Below are positions 25,011-36,850 of a stretch of DNA of 64,000 nucleotides, piece after piece. The DNA comes from the human T2T-CHM13v2.0 reference genome, Homo sapiens. The stretch lies in NCBI RefSeq assembly GCF_009914755.1, contig NC_060926.1; one strand, given 5' to 3'. A program made the translations under genes and the position numbers. Below the pieces are notes generated by a model. It worked only from the letters and a program-made list of their open reading frames with translations, did not search any database and was not told where the DNA came from. Position 1 is the first letter of the stretch; each line of letters opens with the position of its first letter.

Positions 25011-25209
25011 GAACAAGCTCCTTAAGATGCAGAATCATCACATATATGGTCCACTCTGGGGCCCCAGCCAGCCCATCATCTTACTCCAAAAAAGTGCCCC
25101 ATCATTCATTTCTGCTCTTCCTTCAGAAGTGCCAAGTCTGACACAAAGGTTACAGGTACAGGTGGCCACACCATACTTCAAGCTGATGCCGAACACTCCT
25201 AGACACTTA

Positions 25210-25342
25210 GGCTCATCCTCATTACACAGACAAGAAAACCCAGATACACACAGGCTTAGTAACCTTCTCAAGGTGGCATTGCTCCACTGTAAGTAGCAGA
25301 ACTGGGATTGTAAATCCATCTTCTCAAACTCTTTACCACTAG
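25210..25342 (-). mobile_element. MIR fragment
   Basis: 'atcctcattacacagacaagaaaacccag...agtaaccttctcaagg...aagtagcagaactgggatt'. Confidence 0.7.
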
Positions 25343-25568
25343 CCTCACCTCCCTGACTTTGGTTCAGTTCCCTGGTTTAAACTCAGAGTTGATGGAAATC
25401 CAAAGAAAAGCCAATTGAAATAACCCAAGTTCTCTGCATGAAGATGCCTACACAACAGACCCCTTGACACTTCTGTGGCCCCAGTATTCACCTTTCTCCA
25501 GAGGAGAATCTCAGCGTTCAACTTTCCACCAAAAGCTGCCCTTTCCGTCACTGGATTTCTCTTTCTTT

Positions 25569-25733
25569 CACATGTGGTTTAAACTCTATGAGCCTCACTT
25601 GCCACATTTGTAAAATTGAAGGGGTTGTACTTCACAAGGTAAATTGTAAAGTCTTTCTCAGATTGACAATCTTTGATTCAAGAAAGAAAGTACTGTTTCA
25701 GAGTATTGGTCTAGAGTTTCAGCCAAGCACCAG
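25569..25733 (+). repeat. Copy B of the ~166-bp dispersed duplication
   Basis: Aligns to 22941-23106, including the non-MIR 3' flank 'gtctagagttt.agcca.gcaccag'. Confidence 0.92.
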
Positions 25734-25879
25734 AGTTTTATTTAGATTTATAAGACAGTTCTCTTTAAACTTTTATGTCAAAAACCACTTCTCCTTCCAA
25801 ACCCACATTTGCGTGTAAAGAATAACTACTTTGAACCTGCAATTCTTTGACTCCCCCATTCAGACAACAAGCATCAATG

Positions 25880-26390
25880 TCACTAATGATGAAGCTCTGA
25901 GCTCCCATTACATATGGCATGGCACTCTACATTTTATGAAGTGTTTTCGATCCTTTGCACCCCAAACATTGGGGGTGAATAGAGCTGATATTATGATCCC
26001 TGTTTTACACAGAAAGAAACTGAGATTTATAAAGACCAAATAATTAATAGAGTCAAGATTCAAACCTGAGTTCTCCAACCAGAGACCAACTCCCATTTCC
26101 CTATGTAAAAAGCATGAGCAATATTTTGGCTTTTAAGGGACTTTACATTCTGTTAATTAGAACAAAAACCGATAATTTGAGTAGCAATTTACAGTTGTCA
26201 AATTGCTCCATCATTATTTCCCTTTATCCTCATGGAAATACTGGGATGCAGCCTAAAGGATTGTCTGCATTTATAATGGGGAGGCTGAGGCTCAGGGTGC
26301 TTAACCCACTTGTCTACACATTTTACCTCCTCAGTAAGGTGCAGACTTAGGATATGGTCTTCTGTCTCCAATTCTTATGCTCCTCTCCCT
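25880..26390 (-). mobile_element. Two MIR fragments (about 25880-26100 and 26200-26390)
   Basis: 'tatgatccctgttttacacagaaagaaactgag' and 'catttataatggggaggctgaggctcagggtgcttaac'. Confidence 0.7.
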
Positions 26391-26509
26391 AAAGATTCAC
26401 AATGCAAATTATTTAAGGTAATAAATTTTCCCTATACTCAGATACAATTTAACTAAAATAACTAAATAAGGTTTAATGCCTTGACCTACATATAAAATAT
26501 ATGTTTTAT

Positions 26510-26923
26510 TCTGGTAGTTTAGTTTATTGTCCAGCAAATGTTCACTCCCTCCCTCTTCCCCCACCCCTATTCCTCACCCTGTGACTTGCTTTGGTCTCGT
26601 AATGGGTGGTGTTACATCCACTTAGCTTTGGCCTTGACATTGTTACTTCCTTGGCCAATGGGATGTTAACAGATGTGACTCCAAGCATAGACACAAAATA
26701 GGCTTGCCTAGTTATACTTGTTCTTGTGTGCCTTGGGTAACAACTGGACTAAGATAGATCAGAGCCAAGTAGAATAGACCTTGACCCAGTCAGCAGCTTG
26801 AAGCCAAGCTCAGTTAAAGTGAGCATAAATCAGCTAAATGCAAGCTCATCCACAGATGCATAAATGAGAAGAAAAGAGACATCATTAGACATCTCTGAGT
26901 GATTCAGTTACCTTGACTGAATA
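26510..26923 (+). mobile_element. MLT1 (I/J-like) MaLR LTR
   Basis: 'gtgacttgctttgg', 'ttggccaatgggatgttaacagatgtgac', 'gcagcttgaagccaagc...cacagatgcataaatgagaa'. Confidence 0.7.
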
Positions 26924-28396
26924 GTCCTTTTTACTGACAACTATTTAATCACAGTGCTAGAAACATGGTAAATATTTAAAATAGTCTTCACAATGATAGA
27001 ACCCATAAACAATCCTCCGGACTTCTGGGTGTCCTCAGTCTTCTGGAACACAGAAAATTCTCTTCCAATAGGTAGCAGTGTTACACAAGCTTTAGACCCT
27101 ACTAATGACAAAAGCAAGGCCTGATTGCTCCTTCAGAGAAGCAGGAATCAGGAAGAAAAATATTCCAACTTCAAATTCACCCCCATCTAAGGGACAAAAT
27201 AACCCACAGCTTTAAAAAAAAAAAACAAAAAAACAGATGGGATTTGGGGATGGGGATTGTTCAACATGCAGTGTGGTGTAATGTGTTCTAAGAGTCTGGG
27301 CCCACCTCTCTTCCATGTCATCACTTTCAGTGATTACTGAGTAATCCTTCCATTACTATGAAATCATAAACTTTGCTTACTCTTTTTAAAGCAGAGTTTC
27401 TGATACAGAAAGAAATATGCCGCATCTACTGTCAAAACGTCAAGAATGATTGTTTTCTGTGTTTCCAATAACCAGCAGCTTTTGTATGTGTTTTGTCTTC
27501 TTCACTCCACCACATCTATTAGAAAATCACCTTCCCTTGAGATAGAAACCCCGCAAATTTCTAATCTATGTAAATAAAACCTTAGTAGTTGAGGTCCATG
27601 AGAGGCACATGCATGTCTTTACTCCTGGTTGTGTGTCCTGTTTATATCTCTGGGACTGGCCCTGTTTATTAAGCTTTTGTGCAGAAGAGAAAACTGGGTA
27701 TCTATGAGTACAACACAAGACTCTACTATGCTATATTGAGTTGAAAATAATTTTCCAGGATCTCAAATCTTACAGAGAATGGCCCAAGCAACATGGCCTT
27801 TGTCTACATGGAGAGGAGAAGATTATTGTGGCTTATGGAGGCGTTACCACCAAGCCCAGACATTCAAACTTCACCCAGACGACCTCTAGACCTTGGCTCT
27901 GGTTTTTTTTTTTTCCCATAGGTAGGAACACCCAGTGAAGGAATTGAGTCAGAAACACAAGCTACTTTGCAGCCTCAAATGTGAATTATCTAAGAAGGGA
28001 GGTGACCCAGCAACACCTTAAGGGCTCTCCCCTCCTGTTTTCTAAAACACTAAAGAAAGGCAAAAAGCCAACTTCTTTCCTAGGAGCCTAAGGCAATGGC
28101 TTGAATGAGGAGGTGCACACTCAATGCATTAAAAAAAAGGACAATTGAAATTGAGTTGGATTATTAAATTAATTATGTAAGTATAATTATATTAAATCCT
28201 ATAATTAATTACATTACATTGCATAGCCCATTGAAAACTTACCAAAATGGCAGAGGTTTAAGGTGGTGAAATGGAAACTCCAGTGTACTGAGCAACAACC
28301 TAAAAAGAAATCTCACTGGAAGAGGAGTATCTTTTCTTGATTATGCTCCAAAATATTGATACTTGGTTAGGACTTGACAACACTCTTGTCATCCTT

Positions 28397-28620
28397 CAAC
28401 CTCTGCCTCCCAGGTTAAAATGATTCTCCTGCCTCAGCCTCTTGAGTAGCTGGGATTACAGGTGCTCACCATCATGCCCGGCTAATTTTTTTGTTTTTTA
28501 AGTAGAGACGGGGTTTCACCATGTTGGCCAGGCTAGTCTCAAACTCCCGGCCTTAGGTCATCTGCCTGCCTCAGCCTCCCAAAGTTCTGGGATTACAGGC
28601 ATGAGCCAACTTGCCTGGCC
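28397..28620 (-). mobile_element. AluS lacking its 3' end and poly(A) tail
   Basis: Begins abruptly at 'caacctctgcctcccagg'; the 5' end is intact ('ttgcctggcc'). Confidence 0.92.
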
Positions 28621-28629
28621 CCTTTTCCT

Positions 28630-28850
28630 AATATTAACAGCTATAGACACTAAGCCCTTCTGTGTCAAGCACCATACTAAATACCCTATGTGTATTACAT
28701 CATAAAGTCCCCACTATAAAACTGCGAGATGGGTATTATTATTATCCAATTTTGCAGAAGAGAAAACTGAGGTCTCCATTGATGAAGTAATTTCTCTGAG
28801 GTCAGACAGTTACTAAAACATTCTAACTCCAAATTGTGCCATCCATTTAT
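28630..28850 (-). mobile_element. MIR
   Basis: 'ggtattattattatccaattttgcagaagagaaaactgagg...aagtaatttctctgaggtcagacag'. Confidence 0.8.
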
Positions 28851-29029
28851 GGCTTTACTGCCACACACACAGCTCTGAAGGAAGGAGAGAGTGACGGCAG
28901 AAGTGGTGAGAGGCTGAACAAAGCAAAAGAAAGCAGACAGGTCAGGCCTGGGAGTTGAGGACTGGCCTTTGGGGACCCCTGGACTGAGTAAAATGCACCC
29001 TTGCTCCTAGACAGGAAAGGCAAAATGAC

Positions 29030-29225
29030 GTTTGTGAGGTGTCCTCTCCAGGCCAAGTGCTTTCTTATAGGTTATGCTGTTTCATTCACACTCTGACCCT
29101 GTGAAGTAGGTATAATTAATCATTTTTCAGATGGTGCTAAGGCACAAAGATGCAAAATACCTGGCTCAGGGTCACATGGCGGGGAAGAGCAGGGCTGGTA
29201 TTTGCACTCTGTTCTCTCTGAGCCC
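29030..29225 (-). mobile_element. MIR
   Basis: 'gaccctgtgaagtaggtataatt...ttttcagatgg...ctggctcagggtcacatggc'. Confidence 0.7.
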
Positions 29226-30129
29226 TTGTCTGTGTCCCACACCGGTGTGACTCCCATAGGAAACAGCATAGACACCATAGTTACTGTGCACTGAGTATGC
29301 TATTAAAGCAGGGGAGTTCCTACCAAAGGAAAAAGATGTTCATTATTTCTAAGTGATTTGTGTTGAAAACTCTACCCTAATCCCTTATCTTGAAGCAACA
29401 CTACATATGTCTCTGAGAAAACTGTTGTCCATTTGTCTATCATGAACTGTATAAGTACTGAGTGCCAGACAGGCACTGGGAGGAGCGAGATGAGCAGAGG
29501 GCTGCAGGCTCTGCCCATTAGGAGCCCCTCCTTGTGTGTGGAGGGGAGAGGAGCAGGCACCCAGTAAGTGCCAGGCCTGGGGCAAGGGTGATGCACAGTG
29601 CTGTGGCGACATGGGGAAGGGAGTGTCCCTGGCCAAGACGGGCTTCCCCCAGTAGGTAAGAGAGCTGGCTTTGGAGCCAGACTTGGAATAATTACTCCAG
29701 CTCCAATGTCTGTACTGCAAGAATGATCCATGGGGCCCAGAAAAGAGTAGGGCACCTTCCTTGCTATGGAAAAGGCACTGGGATGGAGAAAGGCAGGAAA
29801 CACTTAAAAAAAAAGTAAATGACCAATCACAATAAGGAGTGTAGACTGGAACCTCTGCTGCAGTAGGGTGTCTGGTTGGAAGGAGGAAGTCAGGGAGGCA
29901 GGGGCAAGGCCAGGTGGTGGGTATGAGGGCCAGCCTCCCTGGGGGATAGAGAAGAGGAGTCAGGGTCTTCAGCATTGCTCTCTACCCAACTGCGTCTCCA
30001 AATCCCCTCAGAGATTCAGCAAAAGCCAGAGAAAGGCCTGGCCCTGCCCTAGACAAACTCAGTCACAATCCCCAGAGCTGGTGCCCAGCAAGTGTATGTT
30101 TTAGAAATGCCAAGGTAATACGTAATGAG

Positions 30130-31200
30130 GAAGAGTCAACAAGACTCAGTGAAGGAGTCTGCAAGGAGGACGGGGGCAAAAGCGGAGAAGATGACCGCCA
30201 TGACACTAAGATTGCTAGCTGAGCCTCCTGCAGAATGGCGGGAACATTAGCTCAGCCAGAACTTACCCCAGGAGAAGAAAGGACATGTCCAGCGTGGATA
30301 TGAAATCCATCCCTTCCCAGGCACCCAGATGTGAGCAGGTTCAGCATCTGGAAGTGAAGGTCAGAGCTGGAACCAAAAATGCTGTGGCAGCCATGGGCAG
30401 GGGATGTTGGAAAAGATGACACAGCATAGTGCTGTGCAGGCAGAAGGCAGCCCCCAAGATTTACCAGGGAACAAAAGAGCAGAGTGATGAGAGAAATGGG
30501 AGGGGAGCCAGCATGGGGAGGGTGACAGAAACTAAAGGGGGAGAAGGTTTGTGAAGGGTGTAGTCTACAGGGTCTAGGGATGATGAAGCAAAAGCTTCAG
30601 AGTTGTCAATGGAGGACAACTCCATTGGGAGGCATCAATGGAGAAACCGTATGTCAAAATGTTCCATAGCAGACTCAGATGACTATAGTTAGCAAAATGT
30701 GTCGTGTATTTCAAAGTAGCTAAAAGAGAGAATCTGAAATGTTCCCATCACATAGAAATGACAAAATGACACAAGGCAGTGGATACCCCAGATGCTCTGA
30801 CTTAACATGACACATTCTATGCGTGTAACAAAATATCACATGTACCCCATAAATATGTAAAATATTATGTATCCATTTTTTAAAAGCCAGTTCTAGTGGA
30901 TTATGGAGGACTTAGGGGATGAGCGAGAGACGAAAGGCTTTTACTGTCCTGTCTTAAGTCCCAGAGTTGATATCACCTGTTTCAGGACCGGTGAAAAAAC
31001 AGGAAGGATGTTTGTGAATTTAGAAATGTGTACTCTTGCACTGGGGTTTGGGAGGGGGTGTGTGAGCCAATGGGAATGCCTTAACTTAATGCAATGTCTT
31101 CTGAGAGGATTCAGCCAGATGACTAAGAAGCAAAGATAAAATGCATCAAGATTGCAGGAGAGGAAAGAGAAGAAAGGAAAAATAGGAGATATTCTGAACA
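30130..31200 (-). mobile_element. Degraded L2, GA-rich, split by an L1MA tail
   Basis: 'ggcacccagatgtgagcagg...tggaagtgaaggtcagagctgga' and 'ggagccagcatggggagggtgacagaaactaaaggggga'. Confidence 0.45.
30655..30885 (+). mobile_element. L1MA 3' terminal fragment
   Basis: 'gatgactatagttagcaaaatgtgtcgtgtatttcaaagtagctaaaagagag...aaaatatcacatgtaccccataaatatgta'. Confidence 0.88.
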
Positions 31201-31799
31201 GAAGTCCCCAACTATTTTTATTTTTTTTTAAATATCTGGAATGCTAATCATGGAATCAGCTGGAATGTTATCTCTAACTCACCTCTATCAGGAAACATTA
31301 AGGTTTACAAAATTGACATAACAGTTCTCATAGGAATCCCCTCTAGATGTCAACCTAGTGTGTGTGCCGTCATCTTTAAATGCTTTCCCATGTTTTCTGG
31401 CAAATGTTAAAAGCAGCTTGTGCCTCTCAGAAAGACCAACTGCCCCTGTGGGGACTAATTGCATAGACCTTGTGCATGACGAAGAGGGTGCTACTCGGGA
31501 ATAAGAAGAGGGGCTTAATGAATCACAAAAGTACATAATTTATCAAATAAAAAGAGTATGACATTTCAGAGTAAATTCCATGGAAAATGAATGCACTGTG
31601 TTTCGATGAATCAGGCACTGAGAATATTTCCTTAGAAACCAAGTCCATATTTTCATTAAGAGAGAGAGAGTGCACACTCGAGTGAGAGAGAGAGAAAGTG
31701 GGAGAGAGAGAAGCTATGGGATTCAAGTGCACCAGTGAATTAACATCTTGTGGTAAAAATGCTGCCTGAGAAATTAAAATGATATTTGAAACATAAATC

Positions 31800-32480
31800 C
31801 CGAGTGCTAACAACTCTCGTTATAAGCACCCGCCAGAGTCAACAAGCAGAGTTTGTTTGCTAGGAGGTTGTTTCTGGAGGCCAATTCTTGAGTTCTCAAA
31901 AAACATCTGTGCAAACGCAGAGGGAAAGCCACAGCAATAGAAGCCATCAGTGGTTAGGTGTGTTATAAATACATTATTACTTCATTGTAATGGCACACGG
32001 GCCCTGGCTAGACTGCGGAATGACCTCACCAGCTGTCAGCCCTTGAGTTACTCTCCTTGAATGAGCATTCAAGATACAGCAGCGACTCCGAGTCGGTACC
32101 GTGTAAACACAGAGGTAATCGTAAGAGAGGAACCAGGCACAAATTCATCAACATCTCACGAAGAAGCAGGGGGCCTTGGCCAAAACCCGAAAGACTGAGG
32201 GATTCTTCTGTCACACAAAAACACCGTTCAAGCCAGCCCTAAAGAACCTTTTTCATGGAACCTCCGAGCCAGCCATCCCCTGGGCTTTCTCACTCTGTCT
32301 TCCCTCGCAGAAAAAAAAAAAAAGGCCTCACGGCCCAAAAGAAGCAAGCCTCCTTCCAAGGAATCTATTCCCGTAGTGAAAACTCGGAAATGCAAGCTGA
32401 GGCTGGGTGGCAAGGGTCCGAAAGCAGCTGGGCTCCTGGCAGAGGTTCCCTGCACACACAGAAAACCAACGACTTGATTC
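31800..32480. promoter_or_regulatory. Candidate regulatory element (CpG-retaining, non-repeat)
   Basis: About 20 CpGs in ~680 bp against a depleted background; FOX motifs TGTTTGC and GTAAACA; clustered palindromes. Confidence 0.4.
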
Positions 32481-33087
32481 AGAAGTAGGCTTCCCTCTGC
32501 AAGTGAAGAAAAACATTTTGAAGATAAGAAGACTGCCCGCAACTAAATGGAAAATGACGGTGGGGCCAAGAAGTGTCAGAAACCATGGAAAAAAAACAAA
32601 AAGGGGAAAAGAAGTGGATCACCTGGAGGGGGGCTGTCCTCACTTAGCTCAGGTTTCCACAGAGCTCTGGCCAGTCCTGAGCTGGAGACGGGTCATGGGC
32701 ATGGTGTGTGTGTGCGCCGGCCTGGGAGTCAGGATGTCTGATAGGGGTTTAGGGTCCTTCCACGGCAGTTTCAGTGTGACCCTCCACCTCGCAATGTCCT
32801 TGGCTGTCCCTCACTGGCAAGGGTACGGGTGGAATTTGTTTTTAATGAATGGGGGCATGCATCAAGTGTGGCCATGAGAGAAGTTACGTGGATGTGTGCT
32901 ATTAGCATGCTTTGGTGGGCAGTGGGGGAGGGAGAGGTAAAGTGGGATTTTATTTTCTCCAAATGCAAAAAGCAAAAGTAGCTTCAGCCTTGGCCCTTTG
33001 ACTGACACAAGTATGTGTGTGGCTGTGGGTACAGAAACCCAGAAATTTCATTCCACTTTGTACCCAAGATTCTGAAGGAAACAACCA

Positions 33088-33216
33088 GACTGTAAGCCCC
33101 ATGGGGACAGTGAATATGTAGGGAGTATTGATCATCTGTGTCTCCCCAGTCCTTAGTGGAGGCCTCAGCACATACAGAGTACTCAGGTAGTGTTTGCAGA
33201 ATAAACGGATGAGTGA
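33088..33216 (+). mobile_element. L2 3' terminus
   Basis: 'gactgtaagccccatggggacag...catctgtgtctccccagt...gcacatacagagtactcagg'. Confidence 0.65.
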
Positions 33217-33484
33217 TCTCAGTAGCCATGAATGTCCCATGTTTTAGGTTACATACCACACCTTGCTTAAGCACTACCACCGCTCCAGCACAGCTACCAC
33301 CAGCAGCTCCTGTTGGTCAGCCTTTGTCTGTAAAGGCTTGTTGCAAACTGAGGCATGAGTTTTCAAAGATGAATGTGTTTGTGTTATAATCACTTGGGGG
33401 AAAATATCAGAATTTTATTCAAGGAAAACTTTGTGCTAATAATTTAGGAAAATATATAGTAAAAATTTCAGTTTAACACGTATT

Positions 33485-33872
33485 TTATTCCTTTATTCAT
33501 CTGTTTACTCATTCTAGAAATACTGTGCTACACAGAATATTTAAAAACCAGAAAAAGTCGCTGCTTTCATGGAGCTTACATTTCAGTGGGAGAAGTGAAT
33601 AATGAAAGAAGAAACATATATATATATGTTAAGGCTATATGTGTATATCATTATGGAGTAAAAATGACTTCTATGAAGAAAAATTAAGCAGGGTAAGTGG
33701 ATAGAGAGTGACAAAGCATGCCACTTTGCATAGGATAATCAGGGAAGTCCTCTATGGAGAGAGAACATTTGACCTAAGATTTGAAGGAAATGAGAAATTA
33801 AGCCCTGCAGAATTTTGGAGTTTCCTTAGGGAAGAAAATTCCCAAAGGAAGGGTATAAAGGCCCTGAGGTGA
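33485..33872 (-). mobile_element. L2a fragment
   Basis: 'ctgctttcatggagcttacatttcagtgggaga', 'atcagggaagtcctct...acatttgacctaagatttgaagga', 'aaaggccctgaggt'. Confidence 0.85.
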
Positions 33873-34309
33873 GTACCCAGTCACCAAGACGCAGAGGGAT
33901 ACTGCTTATACTTCATCTCTCCAAGCCCCCCAACCCAGTCCAGGTTTCCAGGCAAGGTGACAAAAGCCATACTTCTCCCTGCATTTACTTCATTTCTCTC
34001 CCTTCCTTGTGTGCCCCCACCCCACCCACCCACACATACATACACACAGCACCCTTTTCCTTAAGCCCAGACCAAAATCACTCATGAATATCATCTCATA
34101 TAATACAGCTGCGACGGAGTGGTAAGAAGCCAGAGAATCTCAACTCTGGCCAAGGAGAGTCACCCAGTTCCAGAGGTAAAGCCTCCAGCATGGAGGAGAA
34201 GCCTCCACAATGTTAGCCCACTTCCTCCTTATTTTCCTTTCATTAGAACTCCAGAACTGCTGCTAGTAAGTGCAATCCCTTATATCTGTAAAAACACTTC
34301 TTTCTTGTC

Positions 34310-34505
34310 AAGTACTTCACGCCATGGTCTCATCTCCTCTTTACAAGCACCTCGAGAGGAGTATGTAGGGCACCCATTTTTACTGTTCCACAGAAGGTGA
34401 AACCGAGACAGCAAGAGATTGTAGTCATACAGCACCTCAGTGGCCAAGTTGAAACTGACAGGTGAATTCCTGACTCCTGGCCCCGGGCTCCTTCCTGTGT
34501 ACTAC
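34310..34505 (-). mobile_element. MIR
   Basis: 'cccatttttactgttccacagaaggtgaaaccgagacag...gtcatacagc...ctgactcctggccccgggctc'. Confidence 0.6.
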
Positions 34506-35566
34506 GTAGCTGTGAGGTTCCTCCTAGAACTGTGCATGATGATAAATTGCAGTGCTTAATCCCAAAAGTCTTCTAGGGCAACTCAAGGCATTGTGTGGAA
34601 GCATAACCATTATTACTGTGATTTTGGATTGAAATAAGAAATTAGTGCCTATACATACAAACAGGTTTGTCACTGTTACCAGCAGTCTCAGCCTTGGCAA
34701 ACATTGAATGCGAAGTATTGTAACTATGAAAGCTCTGGGCTGATGGACATATGATACCTCATGGGCTGAGGATGTTGATACTCCTATTGGCTGGTATTCT
34801 TCAGCATAGAGAATCCAAAAGCAAGTCGTTCCCTTGTCCTCTCACAACCATACACAGCAAAGGAGGTGCAAGGCATGGCATGTCTAAGATGGCCATGGAT
34901 GAAGAAAATGGTGGCAGGGCTCCAAGGTGGCTAAGACTTAACTGTCATGTGAATGAAGCACAGTAGTAAAGGCACATCTCCCCAGGCCTAGCATCTGCCA
35001 GACAGTGTGCTGCCAGCGTTCCTTGCCTTGGGTTTCAAAAAAAGGCTGGAATCCAGACCTCTATGGTGTAGCCACTGAAGTAAGGCCACTTACACAAAAG
35101 AACAGTGGTTTTATCTTGGTGGCTGCTGATATTTTTTAAACCTGCCAAAGACCTTTATAGGTAATGAGCAAGACTCTTGCCTTTAAACCCACACTGGATT
35201 TTAAAACTTATCCTGTGAAAGAAATAACAGGACAAAGAGAATTAAGGAAAAGAAGGTTTTTTCCTCACTTCTTAGAACTTTCAGCTGCTGTCAACAAGTT
35301 TGCAGGGGTTTGCTTGATCGACTGCTGATAGAACACAGTAAATTTCCTAAAGTAGGCATCTATTATCTAATCTGAACTCTTATAGAAAACTTAATGGACG
35401 TGATAAAGCAAATTTTATCTCCATTTTATATATGGATTAATGGAAAAAGTTGACAAGACCTACAAGAGACTGGATACTTGATGCCTCATTCAGCTAGACA
35501 TCTGTCCATGGCACTGGACAAAATGCACTCGGGCATACTCCAAATTCCCATGACAGAAGTCTAGCC

Positions 35567-35878
35567 CTGTGCTGTCCAACATGGTCGCTATGAGCCACGC
35601 ATGGCTCCTGGGTACTTGAGATGTGGCTAGTCCCAACTGAGGTGCATCATAAGTGTAAAATGCACACCAGCATTCAAGATTTATTATGAAAAAAAGATGT
35701 AAAATATCTCATTATTAATTTTATGTTGATGGTGTATTGAAATGATATCTTAGATATGTAGGGTTAAGTAAAACATAAAATTAATTCCACCTGTTTCTTT
35801 TTACTTTATTGAATGCAGCTCCTAGGAGACATAAAGTCACAGATGTGGCTTGCATGATGTTTCTATGGGATGGTGCTC
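35567..35878. mobile_element. MER33 (hAT-Charlie) DNA element
   Basis: 'gtgctgtccaacatggtcgctatgagccac', 'gagatgtggctagtcccaactgagg', 'aaaattaattccacctgtttctttttac', 'atgtggcttgcatgatgtttctatggga'. Confidence 0.85.
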
Positions 35879-36479
35879 ATGTGGACAGAGTTTTTGGACA
35901 CTTCTTTGGAGGGATTCTTTAGGATATAACCTTTCGCTTTCCATTGCACTGAAAATTCCCTAGCAATTGGACAACATTCCTCTCCAGCATTCCTTCTATT
36001 CTGTCACACCTGAAAGCAAGAACCTGATGACACACATTTTCACATGTTTCTATGACTCTCTCTATTGAAAGAAGTAGCAGGCAAGGAATGGTGCATTTTA
36101 TTTGAATAAATTAGGTTAAATTTATGGAAGTAACAGCTCCATTTTATTTCTCTCTCCTTTGATGTCTATATTTAAACAATCTAGAGATTCTCATTTCAGT
36201 CCATTACCAGACTGTCTCCTAGTACATTCTCCCAGTTAATTTTTTTTTTCTAAACAAGAACATAAATCCCTGTTGCCTGCCTCTTGGCAACTCTTGACTC
36301 TCCCAAGGCAAAATTTTGGAGGGCACTCATTGCAGAAGCACACAGAATTGAAGACAAGGAGGAGCACTGGATATTCAGATGTTAAAGTCTGACTCCAAGC
36401 TCTGGCTTGTAATGGGCAGTGGTCTAATGTGGTATTTACAGCTGAAGGGGGTAAAAAAAAAGCAGATTGCTTCCAGAAG

Positions 36480-36850
36480 CTATGCATCTGCTACCCGGTA
36501 AGCCTGCTGGTTTGACGCGCTCAGCAAAGTGCATGAAGAACTCTTGAACGTCACAGTGATTTGGTTAATTGGGTAAAGATAAGGGTTTCTGAATAGCAGA
36601 GTCAGTTTGCCATATTGGCCTGGCACCCACGCACGTGTGATGAAAAAAAAGCTCGGCTGTCTGGATGCGTCTGAACGCTCAGTTATTTCATAAAGCCTGC
36701 ACTGTGTATTTGGAATGCACATTTGCTCTTATGAATAACAGTAATTGTTTGGCTTGGCCTGCCTTTGTGTGACCGCCAGCTGGCAATGACTGGAACCGTG
36801 ACACATGACACTCCAGCTGTGTCCACATGTTTCTGCCTCGCAGTATCCAC
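36480..36850. promoter_or_regulatory. Candidate enhancer (CpG-retaining E-box cluster)
   Basis: About 12 CpGs; CACGTG (36632), CAGCTG twice, CACATG twice, TEAD GGAATG and GATA AGATAAG. Confidence 0.35.

Noticed and set aside
29372-29975. Longest ORFs (196 aa and 143 aa, minus strand)
   Set aside because: Pro/Ser/Leu-rich with no recognisable domain, overlapping frames and non-ATG starts; expected from locally GC-rich DNA.
32026-32968. Dense overlapping ORFs on both strands (up to 156 aa)
   Set aside because: No domain, no coherent exon structure and interrupted by A runs; explained by higher GC content.
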